46,872 nucleotides of DNA from a virus: IMG/VR virus record IMGVR_UViG_3300045988_064400, positions 1 to 46,872 of that record. The stretch is one strand, 5' to 3'. Positions within the stretch are counted from its first letter, which is position 1. Every line of letters begins with the position of its first letter. The notes under the pieces were generated by a model, which saw nothing but the letters and a program-made list of their open reading frames with translations, was not told where the DNA came from and did no database searches. The translations under genes and the position numbers were made by a program. Shown here piece by piece: positions 24,399-32,855 of this stretch.

Positions 24399-24532
24399 GT
24401 GTTTTTGTGGATAATTCTGTGTATAACTTGTTGATAAATCGAAGTTATACACAAGCAAAATGTTAAAATTGTTGATAAATCATAAGCAAAACAAAAGTTA
24501 TCCACAATTTAATGTGGATAACTTGTTGATAA
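24371..24532. promoter_or_regulatory. Cluster of ten DnaA-box-like 9-mers (three perfect TTATCCACA/TGTGGATAA)
   Basis: Perfect boxes at 24406-24414, 24498-24506 and 24513-24521. One-mismatch boxes at 24371-79, 24382-90, 24418-26, 24429-37, 24445-53, 24470-78 and 24524-32. Confidence 0.8.
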
Positions 24533-25636
24533 CTATAAATCATAACCTGGAACCTTTGCTCTGTTCCATTGCCTACGAAGATTTGCTTGTTTTGATGTGT
24601 ATCCATAAGACTGCTTCAATCTCTTTAACTGTTTTTTCTGTTCTTCCACGTCTTTTCCTGCTTCTTGTAATGCTATAATCTGTTCTTGTTTGTATCTCAT
24701 TTTGGTTTCAAGATTTCTCATCACTTGACTTGCTTCATACCTTGTTATTTCTTTATCGCCTATTTTTATTTTTTCGTTTGAATAGTCTTTTATGTTTTGC
24801 AATTCTTTATCATCATATGTTGGAGGTGATACACCAAGAATTATATAAGATATTCCATGTTGGCAATTGCAAGTTCCAAAATGTCTTTTTAATCTTGCAT
24901 TTATTGAATTGTATTTGGAAAGACTATATTGTCTTCCTTGATACGGTAAATGGTCTTCCGCACATAATCCATGAGCATCTAGTTCTATGCCATCTGCACC
25001 GTATTGTTTTCCTGCTTCTAATCGCACCCCGTAGTTGACTTGACGAACTCCTTCTAAAATGTTCATCCTTGCCGCACTATCTAATCTTCTTGTTCGTCCG
25101 CTTGAATATTGAACCCTTGCTCCTTGTGTTGCTTTATCGAGAATAATCCTTTCTAAAGCATCTTGATATCCGTCCATTCCGGTTGCTACTGTGTCTATCG
25201 CTAAATCAATAGCATCTTTATAATCCTTGGCAATGCTAGTTGTATTTGCCATGTTTGCAAATGTGCCAGCAGTTAAATTTCGGACAGAACTAATATAATT
25301 CTGTATTGCGGTATTTTTAGAAAAAACAGGTTGAGTAATTCCCTTATGCTTATATAAATAAGCAACATCTTTGTATATTTCACCGGCACTTTTATCATAC
25401 AGTTTATAAATATCTTGCAGGGCTAATCCGGATTGCTTTGAAAGGTATAGGTTTATTTCTTCAATGTTATTACCCATCTTAGCCATCTGTTCTAACCTGT
25501 GCATATTGTCTTTATCTAGTTTACCAATCTCTTTTATCTGTTCTGCCATTTTGGAAAGATAAAAGAGATTGACTTTTTCGAATCTATCAGCAATTCTAAA
25601 AGCAATGTTCGTTAATTCATCCTTTGATAAAGCCAC
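24533..25636 (-). CDS. Minor capsid / head morphogenesis protein (SPP1 gp7 / minor-capsid-2-like)
   Basis: 367 aa, immediately after the portal gene. 'GLCAEDHLPYQGRQYS' resembles the family motif, from memory. Confidence 0.65.
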   Translation of the reverse strand: MALSKDELTNIAFRIADRFEKVNLFYLSKMAEQIKEIGKLDKDNMHRLEQMAKMGNNIEEINLYLSKQSGLALQDIYKLYDKSAGEIYKDVAYLYKHKGITQPVFSKNTAIQNYISSVRNLTAGTFANMANTTSIAKDYKDAIDLAIDTVATGMDGYQDALERIILDKATQGARVQYSSGRTRRLDSAARMNILEGVRQVNYGVRLEAGKQYGADGIELDAHGLCAEDHLPYQGRQYSLSKYNSINARLKRHFGTCNCQHGISYIILGVSPPTYDDKELQNIKDYSNEKIKIGDKEITRYEASQVMRNLETKMRYKQEQIIALQEAGKDVEEQKKQLKRLKQSYGYTSKQANLRRQWNRAKVPGYDL

Positions 25637-25642
25637 TTAACA

Positions 25643-27229
25643 TCACTCCTCATTATTAGATTGATTATTCTGATTTAATGTGTCTTGTTTATCTGTAGGA
25701 TTATATTCTAAAGAATTGTCTTTAGTTTCTGTTGAACTAAACAAGTCGTTCATCATGTTCTGCTGTGCCTGTTCTTGCATCTTATCAATCTCTAATTGTG
25801 CGGCTTCTACAGATTCGCCAGTATACCAGGAACGAACTTCAGCCTTGCTTAAAATACCTGCAGTTTGAAGTGTCAATTTATGCTCCAATTCTGTATCTGT
25901 ATCCGTCAAAATGCTGTCTTTCCAATCTATATTTGTATCGTAATCTCCTGCCGGTGCTAGATTATACAATTCTGTAAAAACATTCATTGCATATACAACA
26001 TCTACCAAACATTGGTCTAAAGCTTTCTGTAAATCGGAAACCGTGATATAGGTTCTTTGCTTAACAAGTTTGATTTCGGTAGCTGTTCTTGCGTCTAATT
26101 CTACTTGGGACAATGTTCCTCTTGCTAGTCCTATCATATCTTCAATCTTATTTGTATAAACATTGAGTCCATTTATATAATTCGCATCTCGCAAAGAAGG
26201 AGCCCATTCATGATAGGTTTCGTCAGAACCTGTATCTAATCTACGATATAATCTGTCTTGTAAGTCATCCAAGTTAGTTTTTGTTCCATAGTAACCTTCA
26301 CTATATGTTACTGCTGTTGGGTCAACGTCAATTGCTAATTGTCCGCCTTTGTATTCCCAATCAAGTCTGCTAAATTGTTCATCAGCTTTTTTAATCAATT
26401 TTGCCGCAGGATTGAAAATTGAAATTCCAAGCGGTGATTTCATATCGACATTATTAGCAAGGGGAACTTTGAAATATCCATACAATGGCTTTTCTGTGTT
26501 CTCAATCGTTACCGGTTCTTCACTAATTCCATTCCATCGGTCAATGGATGATAATGGTATTTCTTGTCCAAGTTCCTGCTCTACTTCATCATCCGGTGTG
26601 CGTAACTGTGCTTTGAATGCCTTATTCTCCACCACTACCATTTTCTTATCAAAAGAGAATGTCTGTCTTTCTACTTTTGTATAGACATATTTTCCGGAAG
26701 TGAACTGGTCAAAAAAAGCAACGTCAATGATATTTCCATCATCATCAAAAGTTATAGGATAGAACTCCCCTTGCTGGTTAAAATCAAGATATAACTGTCC
26801 ATTGCTCATGTACGGCTTTACAATCATCCCACCAAGAGCCAATGCTTTCTCAAAAGATTGAGGTAGATTTTTAATAAGCCTTTTTTGGTAAATATCATTC
26901 AAGAATTTAGCTCTTGTATCAATGACATCATCTTTATCCTGTTCTATAGAATCTTCAACTCCAGGCTCTGAGATAGATGTTTCCATTTCAGACAATGTCT
27001 GCTGTTGCAAAGATTGGCATATCTGTTTAGGCAATCCTAAAGAATATACACCTTTAACATCGTCAAGCCAAGGACTTTCGTCTTTATACATGGATTTCCA
27101 TACATCCAAGGCATTCGACATTTCGTCTGATATGCCGGTATCATCAATTTCAAAAGCATCGGTAATTGATTTATACCCAATCATTTTTCCGATGGCTTCA
27201 TAGATTAAATTCAATAATTTTTTAATCAT
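25643..27229 (-). CDS. Portal protein
   Basis: 528 aa. Size and position upstream of the minor capsid/scaffold/capsid genes. Acidic Q/N-rich C-terminus. Confidence 0.75.
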   Translation of the reverse strand: MIKKLLNLIYEAIGKMIGYKSITDAFEIDDTGISDEMSNALDVWKSMYKDESPWLDDVKGVYSLGLPKQICQSLQQQTLSEMETSISEPGVEDSIEQDKDDVIDTRAKFLNDIYQKRLIKNLPQSFEKALALGGMIVKPYMSNGQLYLDFNQQGEFYPITFDDDGNIIDVAFFDQFTSGKYVYTKVERQTFSFDKKMVVVENKAFKAQLRTPDDEVEQELGQEIPLSSIDRWNGISEEPVTIENTEKPLYGYFKVPLANNVDMKSPLGISIFNPAAKLIKKADEQFSRLDWEYKGGQLAIDVDPTAVTYSEGYYGTKTNLDDLQDRLYRRLDTGSDETYHEWAPSLRDANYINGLNVYTNKIEDMIGLARGTLSQVELDARTATEIKLVKQRTYITVSDLQKALDQCLVDVVYAMNVFTELYNLAPAGDYDTNIDWKDSILTDTDTELEHKLTLQTAGILSKAEVRSWYTGESVEAAQLEIDKMQEQAQQNMMNDLFSSTETKDNSLEYNPTDKQDTLNQNNQSNNEE

Positions 27230-27247
27230 GACTTATTTCTCCTTATA

Positions 27248-28123
27248 TTATTCAGTTACCGTTGTATCTGTGTCTGTTTTAGGTGTAAGTGCCTCTAATG
27301 CTTCAATTCTTTTCAACAAAGATGCTACATCATCTGTAATTTTTATCACTTTTTCGTTTCCATCAATCGTGGTAGTAATAGGAGTTGCAAGTTCATAATA
27401 AAGATATTTACCTTGCATTGCTTCCTTAAATTGTTCAGCGGAACGTGTCGTGTTGAAACCTATTGCTCCGTCTCCACTACTAGCTATATAGTTGGTATCT
27501 ACTTTGCCTTGGCTAGTTAACTTATTCCAAGATACTGTCAAATAATCTCTACAATATATATTCGAAGCTGTTTCTGTATCTAAATGAACTTTAATTTTAT
27601 CTTGTATGGCATAGGTGTAAACACCATAAGCCACCTGTTCTCCATAGTCTAAACTTCCTAAATCAACTCTACCAACTTTCTGTATAAACTGATTTTCATT
27701 TACTTCATTCTGTATAGGACATTCTTTAGGTACACTCCATCCCAGCATTTTAATATCCATCATTTCTGAGGATTGTTCTGAAAGGCTTTCTTTTATTTCT
27801 GTATCATCATATACTGTATCAGTAAATACTGCATTTTCTGGTACATCACTTTTTACTGTATGACTTCCTAATTGTTCTGATAATTCCGTTAAAGAAGTAG
27901 ATTGTTTTTCTAACTTTTCTCCTACTGTTTTTGCTTCTGCTGGAACTCCTTCTTCTGTCAATGTTGGGTCTGTCAGTTTCAAATCTACTGTCTTTAGATT
28001 TCCTACCAAAGGAACATTGTTTATAGACGGTTTATTCTGCAAGTCATTATAGTTACCTGTTCCTTCTCCGCCTCCACTTGTTTCAATCTTTCTAAATCCA
28101 GGTATTACTACTCTTTGTGCCAT
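27248..28123 (-). CDS. Fibre-like protein (tail-fibre N-terminal motif) in the TerL-portal insertion
   Basis: Trimmed to the ATG at 28123 (aaggag RBS; avoids a 100-nt overlap). 'YNDLQNKPSINNVPLVGNLKTVDL' resembles the N-terminal repeat of phage fibres. Confidence 0.55.
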   Translation of the reverse strand: MAQRVVIPGFRKIETSGGGEGTGNYNDLQNKPSINNVPLVGNLKTVDLKLTDPTLTEEGVPAEAKTVGEKLEKQSTSLTELSEQLGSHTVKSDVPENAVFTDTVYDDTEIKESLSEQSSEMMDIKMLGWSVPKECPIQNEVNENQFIQKVGRVDLGSLDYGEQVAYGVYTYAIQDKIKVHLDTETASNIYCRDYLTVSWNKLTSQGKVDTNYIASSGDGAIGFNTTRSAEQFKEAMQGKYLYYELATPITTTIDGNEKVIKITDDVASLLKRIEALEALTPKTDTDTTVTE

Positions 28124-28140
28124 TTTTAATCTCCTTTCAA

Positions 28141-28461
28141 TTAGTTCAAAATATTTAATTCTTCGTATGTTTTGTATATTTTTGGAAATTGTATCGCTAT
28201 CCAATCTACCATCGTTTCGTTGTGTCCCCATTGTGTGCAATTTTCAAAATTTGATTGCAAACCGCTTTCCGAAAGGTAAGCGTGTATAATTTCATGCCTT
28301 AACTGTTTCTTCATTAAATATTCAAAATTTCCAACATTGTTATAGTTGTCTTTTCTTATAACGATTGTCTTACTTGTATTGTCACACCACCCATCTGTAT
28401 TTGAATTTTTCAAGGTTTTTCGTTTAATCTTATAAGTAGTACCCAATATATTTGCTTTCAT
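28141..28461 (-). CDS. Small HExxH metallopeptidase-like protein
   Basis: 106 aa with 'LRHEIIHAYL' (HExxH) followed by 'HNET'. Confidence 0.55.
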   Translation of the reverse strand: MKANILGTTYKIKRKTLKNSNTDGWCDNTSKTIVIRKDNYNNVGNFEYLMKKQLRHEIIHAYLSESGLQSNFENCTQWGHNETMVDWIAIQFPKIYKTYEELNILN

Positions 28462-28535
28462 GATTTCGCCTCCTCCTTGACTTTTTAGTCTTTCTAAATC
28501 ACGATATTATTACTGTTGTTTTTTTCTTAATTAGT

Positions 28536-29399
28536 CTACCAACTATTTTCTTCATTGCTTCCTGTATACTCCTCGCCAGTATTAGCAAGCAGAAACCACG
28601 ATTGTTCACTATCTTTCTTTGATCTAATAATCATATGCTTCGTACCATTTAGTTTAATAAACCGTTGCGTCAACAATGCTGTTGGCATTGAACATATCAT
28701 CCACATATTTTCTACTACGTGAGGAACAAAATCAGAACCGCATAACGAAAAATCTCTTAGTACAAGAATTCCATTGTCCCTAGTTTTTCTTGATGGTGTA
28801 TTAGGAGAAGCCATTACCGCATCTTGAAAATATTCATATAATGTTTCTGTAAGTGCTGTACTTACTGTATCTATACCTCCGTGAAAATTTAAAGCACCCA
28901 AAACACCGTCTTCATTTCCTGACGCAATTCCGGCGGAATACATATCATAACGTATTTGTCCAAATTCTAATGCTGCATCGTTTGGGGGAATAATAACCAT
29001 ACCGTTATTAAATCCATCTGACATTATCGAACTGTGAACATATGCAACAAGTAAATTATTATCGAAAATAAATATTTGCAAGTCAAAAACATTATTATCA
29101 CCGTACCAATCAACCATATTTGTTCCTATATAAACTCGCATCTCAGACAACACATAATCATCAGTGCGTTGCCAAGGTATTAAATGTACGAAAACTCTTC
29201 CTTTATGACAAATTTCCCAGTAATGAAATTGTTTGGAAGCACCTTTATAGATTCCAACTTCAACTGTAAATCCATCTTCTGCGGATAATCCAAAAATTTC
29301 TAACCATACATCCTTTTGTCCTTCTGGATCATTTTTTATCAAGGTCAATTGTTCTGTGTGTGTTTTTAATTTTCCAAGGTCAACATTTATTTCTTTCAT
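28536..29399 (-). CDS. Hypothetical protein (TerL-portal insertion)
   Basis: 287-aa ORF. I recognised no motif. Confidence 0.55.
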   Translation of the reverse strand: MKEINVDLGKLKTHTEQLTLIKNDPEGQKDVWLEIFGLSAEDGFTVEVGIYKGASKQFHYWEICHKGRVFVHLIPWQRTDDYVLSEMRVYIGTNMVDWYGDNNVFDLQIFIFDNNLLVAYVHSSIMSDGFNNGMVIIPPNDAALEFGQIRYDMYSAGIASGNEDGVLGALNFHGGIDTVSTALTETLYEYFQDAVMASPNTPSRKTRDNGILVLRDFSLCGSDFVPHVVENMWMICSMPTALLTQRFIKLNGTKHMIIRSKKDSEQSWFLLANTGEEYTGSNEENSW

Positions 29400-29403
29400 A
29401 TAA

Positions 29404-30108
29404 TCAACTCCAATCTACACTTGTGTAAGTTTTCAAAGTTTCTTTGTTCTTCAAACACTTTATTCTAATTAAATCTATAACATCTCCCGATGCATTTACT
29501 TTATTATTCATATAGTATAATACAGAAATCGGACATATTCCAATTTCTCTTATTGTACTATAGGGCAAATTTGTATCATCTTCACCGACTGATATTTCAG
29601 CTATTGTACCACAAGATTGAGTAGGTTCTGGTGTGTTCTGTGTGCTAAAAACTACTTTTCCATCAGTAATCTTATAAAATCCTTTGGTTATTTCTCCTCC
29701 AATTTTCATGCTGAAAGATATTCTGCCGTCAATTGTGTTCAGTGTCTTTCCTGATATTGTGCATATGCCACGCCAAGCACGTTTTTCGGAACCTCCAAAT
29801 GCCAAGATAAAAGGCACTTTACAATCTTCTCCTATAGGAAGATTATATAATTGGTCAAACATAAAATCATACATAGGATTTCCTTCGTATAATGCTATCT
29901 CCTGTGGAAGTTCTGGCTTATTAGATGTTACAACTGTTATTGGATTTTCGAAACAGATATAATGTATATCTTCTTCCGTCTCGTTTATTGTTAATTCAAA
30001 AATCGTCGAATAATCAATTCTTGTCCAATTTGAATTTTCAAATGTTTTGTCTTTATTTATATCCAAAAAAGGAATGAATTGGTCTTTTGTCAATCTAGTA
30101 ACACTCAT
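29404..30108 (-). CDS. Major-tail-protein paralog with a ~75-aa C-terminal extension
   Basis: Trimmed to the ATG at 30108 (ggaggtg RBS). By manual alignment, 93 of ~150 positions are identical to 20496..20978 (e.g. 'SNKPELPQEIA.YEGNP.YDF'). Confidence 0.7.
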   Translation of the reverse strand: MSVTRLTKDQFIPFLDINKDKTFENSNWTRIDYSTIFELTINETEEDIHYICFENPITVVTSNKPELPQEIALYEGNPMYDFMFDQLYNLPIGEDCKVPFILAFGGSEKRAWRGICTISGKTLNTIDGRISFSMKIGGEITKGFYKITDGKVVFSTQNTPEPTQSCGTIAEISVGEDDTNLPYSTIREIGICPISVLYYMNNKVNASGDVIDLIRIKCLKNKETLKTYTSVDWS

Positions 30109-30135
30109 TAGGCATTTCACCTCCTCTGTCTTTTT

Positions 30136-30164
30136 ATAATACAACATTGCAAATAAAATTACAA
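30136..30164 (-). promoter_or_regulatory. Possible promoter (TTGTAA-N17-TATTAT) at the head of the TerL-portal insertion
   Basis: The reverse complement reads ttgtaa-ttttatttgcaatgttg-tattat. AT-rich context, so this could be a chance match. Confidence 0.3.
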
Positions 30165-30170
30165 ATCAAA

Positions 30171-31436
30171 TTATTTTCCTTTTCGTTTCCATACTCGTTC
30201 CATTGCATACCTTGTCATATCAATACTGTGGTTATTATCATCCGGGTACACCGAAGTAGGATTGCCCTCTTTATCCAATTCATACTCGTATTTCTTAAAT
30301 TCTTTAGCAGTTTCCGGGCATCTTACTGGGTCTATAACAATCTTGATAAGGGATTGTAGCCACTTCATGCCATATCTTACACTATCTGGGCCTTTGTCTG
30401 CACCCCTTGCGTTTATTCCATAACTTCTATAATCTGCGATGGACTTATTCTCAGCACTATCACAAGTTACTACATCATATCTTCCAAGATTGAATTTATC
30501 TTTGAGGATTTTTCCTGTTTCACTATTCCGCATTTTGTTTGTCCGGAACTCTTCGAAAATATACAATATCATTCTAGCACTATCATAATGCATACAACCA
30601 TAATGGAATGGATCTGGAAACCATCCCCAGTCAACTCCTCTATATAATCTATCAAATCTTGCTATTTCTTCATCTGTTATTTGTCTAATTTCAAGATTAT
30701 CGAATACTTCTGTACCATTTCCTATAGGAATGCCAAGATACTCATATTCATAGGCTTTGGGATTCACCATTTTAAGCCATTCAGCATCATCTATAAACTG
30801 TTGACCTAACCATTCTTTCGGTGATGTTAGATAAGTTGTTTGAGATACAAGTGTATCTTTTCTCAATTTCTCTTTCTCTATATAGTCATTTGCCCAATTC
30901 TGTCTTGATTTAGGCGGGTTCATTGATTTGAACACAACGAAGTCATTTCCACCACGAATGACAGATTGTTGTACTTTACGGATTTCTTCTTCTCCAGAAA
31001 ATTCATCAAACTCCTCAAACCATAAGTAACCTATATATCCAAATGGCACTTTGATTGATTTTGATTTTGCCGCTTTATCCAATCCCTTGAATATAATCTT
31101 TTGTCCAGTTGGGAGATATTCGGCTCTCATTGGGGATTTAGTCAATTTCCATAAACGAGAAACGCCTAATATATCAATAGCCCATTCTATTTGTGCAAAT
31201 ACTGATGTTTCAAGTGTATCTCCTACTTTTCTATAGATGACAGCGTGTTTATTTTTATTTTCCTTCTTCATCATGTTATAGATTATCTCTACAGACACAC
31301 ACGAAGATTTCAAGGAACCACGTCCGCCAGTCAAATCATAATAAGTATGCTTTCCAGCTTGTATATCCTTATGTACACTATAAAATGCTTTTCCAATGCA
31401 CTTTGAAAGTGGTCTACCCTTAATTGCTTTCTTCAT
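30171..31436 (-). CDS. terL: Terminase large subunit (PBSX/XtmB-like)
   Basis: 421 aa. Walker-A-like 'TGGRGSLKS'; C-terminal nuclease-like region 'DDNNHSIDMTRYA'. It overlaps the TerS 3' end. Confidence 0.85.
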   Translation of the reverse strand: MKKAIKGRPLSKCIGKAFYSVHKDIQAGKHTYYDLTGGRGSLKSSCVSVEIIYNMMKKENKNKHAVIYRKVGDTLETSVFAQIEWAIDILGVSRLWKLTKSPMRAEYLPTGQKIIFKGLDKAAKSKSIKVPFGYIGYLWFEEFDEFSGEEEIRKVQQSVIRGGNDFVVFKSMNPPKSRQNWANDYIEKEKLRKDTLVSQTTYLTSPKEWLGQQFIDDAEWLKMVNPKAYEYEYLGIPIGNGTEVFDNLEIRQITDEEIARFDRLYRGVDWGWFPDPFHYGCMHYDSARMILYIFEEFRTNKMRNSETGKILKDKFNLGRYDVVTCDSAENKSIADYRSYGINARGADKGPDSVRYGMKWLQSLIKIVIDPVRCPETAKEFKKYEYELDKEGNPTSVYPDDNNHSIDMTRYAMERVWKRKGK

Positions 31437-31875
31437 CTAAATCATCCTCAATCTCAGCATCATCCGGAATATCGTCTATAATATTAACTGCACATTCTAC
31501 ATTGATATTCTTTGCTCTTACATCTAACCTCTTAGCCAACTCACTTGCGGCTTTTGTTCTTTCACTCAATGCTGCTTCTAAATCAAATTGGTCTTTCTTC
31601 TCTCCACGCATTACTGATGTGAGATATTCCATTACTTCCTGAATATCAGCAATCTTTGCATCATCCAATCTTTCCCTTATTGCTTCGATGTAATTTTGAA
31701 TTCTTACATCTTTTAACAAGCGTGAACCTTGTGCATATGCTCCTTTAGGCATATATCCTGCACTAATAGATGATTGTGTCACGTTATTCGTTTTCATATA
31801 TTCTTGTACGAATAAAATCTGTCTTGGATTAAGATGTTTCTTACATTCCTTTTCTTTTTCAGTCTCTTTTCTCAT
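31420..31875 (-). CDS. terS: Terminase small subunit (Terminase_2-like)
   Basis: 151 aa. 'LNPRQILFVQEYMKTNNVTQSSISAGY' HTH typical of small terminases. Directly upstream of TerL. Confidence 0.75.
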   Translation of the reverse strand: MRKETEKEKECKKHLNPRQILFVQEYMKTNNVTQSSISAGYMPKGAYAQGSRLLKDVRIQNYIEAIRERLDDAKIADIQEVMEYLTSVMRGEKKDQFDLEAALSERTKAASELAKRLDVRAKNINVECAVNIIDDIPDDAEIEDDLDEESN

Positions 31876-32089
31876 TTTTTACCTCCTGCCATAATCTATT
31901 CAATTCACTTGTTGCTTTTATTTGAGAAGCTGTATTTATTAGTTCTTTCTTATTATGAACTAATTTATACATTTTAATAAATCTATCTTGCTCCGCAGAA
32001 TAAAATTGATATGTGTTTATATACACCAATACTCCTTTTTGTTTTAATGCTAATTGTAATTTATACATTAGCTTAGATAAATCTGCCAT
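31859..32089 (-). CDS. Hypothetical protein (first late gene)
   Basis: Trimmed to the ATG at 32089, which follows aaggaggtg. Confidence 0.55.
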   Translation of the reverse strand: MADLSKLMYKLQLALKQKGVLVYINTYQFYSAEQDRFIKMYKLVHNKKELINTASQIKATSELNRLWQEVKNEKRD

Positions 32090-32112
32090 ATGCACACCTC
32101 CTTTTTAGTATT

Positions 32113-32141
32113 ATTATAATATACTAATTATTTTTTGTAAA
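32113..32141 (-). promoter_or_regulatory. Late-operon promoter TTTACA-N17-TATAAT
   Basis: The reverse complement reads tttaca-aaaaataattagtatat-tataat. It lies between a terminator hairpin and the RBS of the first packaging-module gene. Confidence 0.6.
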
Positions 32142-32170
32142 TAAAAGAAGGATGTTTTTATTTACATCCT
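32139..32170 (-). terminator. Terminator ending the sigma/MazF unit
   Basis: A 7-bp stem: aggatgt (32149-32155) pairs with acatcct (32164-32170), 8-nt loop. TCTTTTATTT follows on the minus strand. Confidence 0.5.
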
Positions 32171-32188
32171 CCCGCATTTTCGTAATTT

Positions 32189-32509
32189 TTATTTATCTTT
32201 TATATGTTGCAGATACATTTCGTGTTGTTCTTGTTTTGTTAAATTAGCATACTTATCTTCATGTACTGAATATCTATATTCTATATGCCCGGCAAGTAAT
32301 ATTATTAAAACAATAATTATTCCTAATGATATATTAAGCAATTTTTCTTTTTTATGTTTTTCATTATTATTTACTTTCCATAATTTTTTATGATTATTTT
32401 GAGATTTCCATTTTTTCCAACACGTCTCCCCCATTCCTATTTCTATTGCTTTCGGGTTTCTTAATTTTCGTCCACATCTTTTACAAGTTGCCTGCTCTAA
32501 TTCATTCAT
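32189..32509 (-). CDS. Zn-ribbon (CxxCGR...GxGxxC) protein with a C-terminal TM helix
   Basis: 106 aa. 'CKRCGRKLRNPKAIEIGMGETCWKKW' is DUF6011-like, from memory. TM segment 'LLNISLGIIIVLIILLAGHI'. Confidence 0.55.
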   Translation of the reverse strand: MNELEQATCKRCGRKLRNPKAIEIGMGETCWKKWKSQNNHKKLWKVNNNEKHKKEKLLNISLGIIIVLIILLAGHIEYRYSVHEDKYANLTKQEQHEMYLQHIKDK

Positions 32510-32510
32510 A

Positions 32511-32855
32511 TTATTTTTTACCTCCTAATGATAATTGTAATTTGATGCATTCGTTTAATATCTTCACATCATCTTTATTTATTGTTCCACTATAATTTTT
32601 TAGATATTTTTTATCGACTGTCAACATCTGCTCCGGCAGACAATAATTTAATCTATTATTTATTTGAAAACATAATCTACCATGCATTGGAAGATAATCT
32701 TTCTTTGTTGTTAATGGAACAACTTGAACTACATCACAATATAGATTATTCTTATCGTTACTAACAACAACACAAGGTCTAAATCCTCGTTGATAATGTT
32801 TTCCGTCAGGAAATAACATATCAAGGTCTAACCAATATACATCTCCGCGTCTCAT
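32511..32855 (-). CDS. mazF: MazF/PemK-family endoribonuclease toxin homolog
   Basis: 114 aa. 'RRGDVYWLDL...GFRPCVVVSNDKNN...VVPLTT...LPEQMLTVDKKYL' aligns by eye along the full length of B. subtilis EndoA/MazF. Confidence 0.8.
   Translation of the reverse strand: MRRGDVYWLDLDMLFPDGKHYQRGFRPCVVVSNDKNNLYCDVVQVVPLTTKKDYLPMHGRLCFQINNRLNYCLPEQMLTVDKKYLKNYSGTINKDDVKILNECIKLQLSLGGKK

Noticed and set aside
27248-28240. Upstream-extended starts in the ORF track (for example 28240, 30147, 36568, 43085, 10340, 9889, 6384, 44680, 45132, 45529).
   Set aside because: These extensions begin at TTG/GTG or at weak ATG codons and create long overlaps with the preceding gene. In each case an internal ATG or GTG with a good AGGAGG-type RBS removes the overlap, so I report trimmed coordinates.
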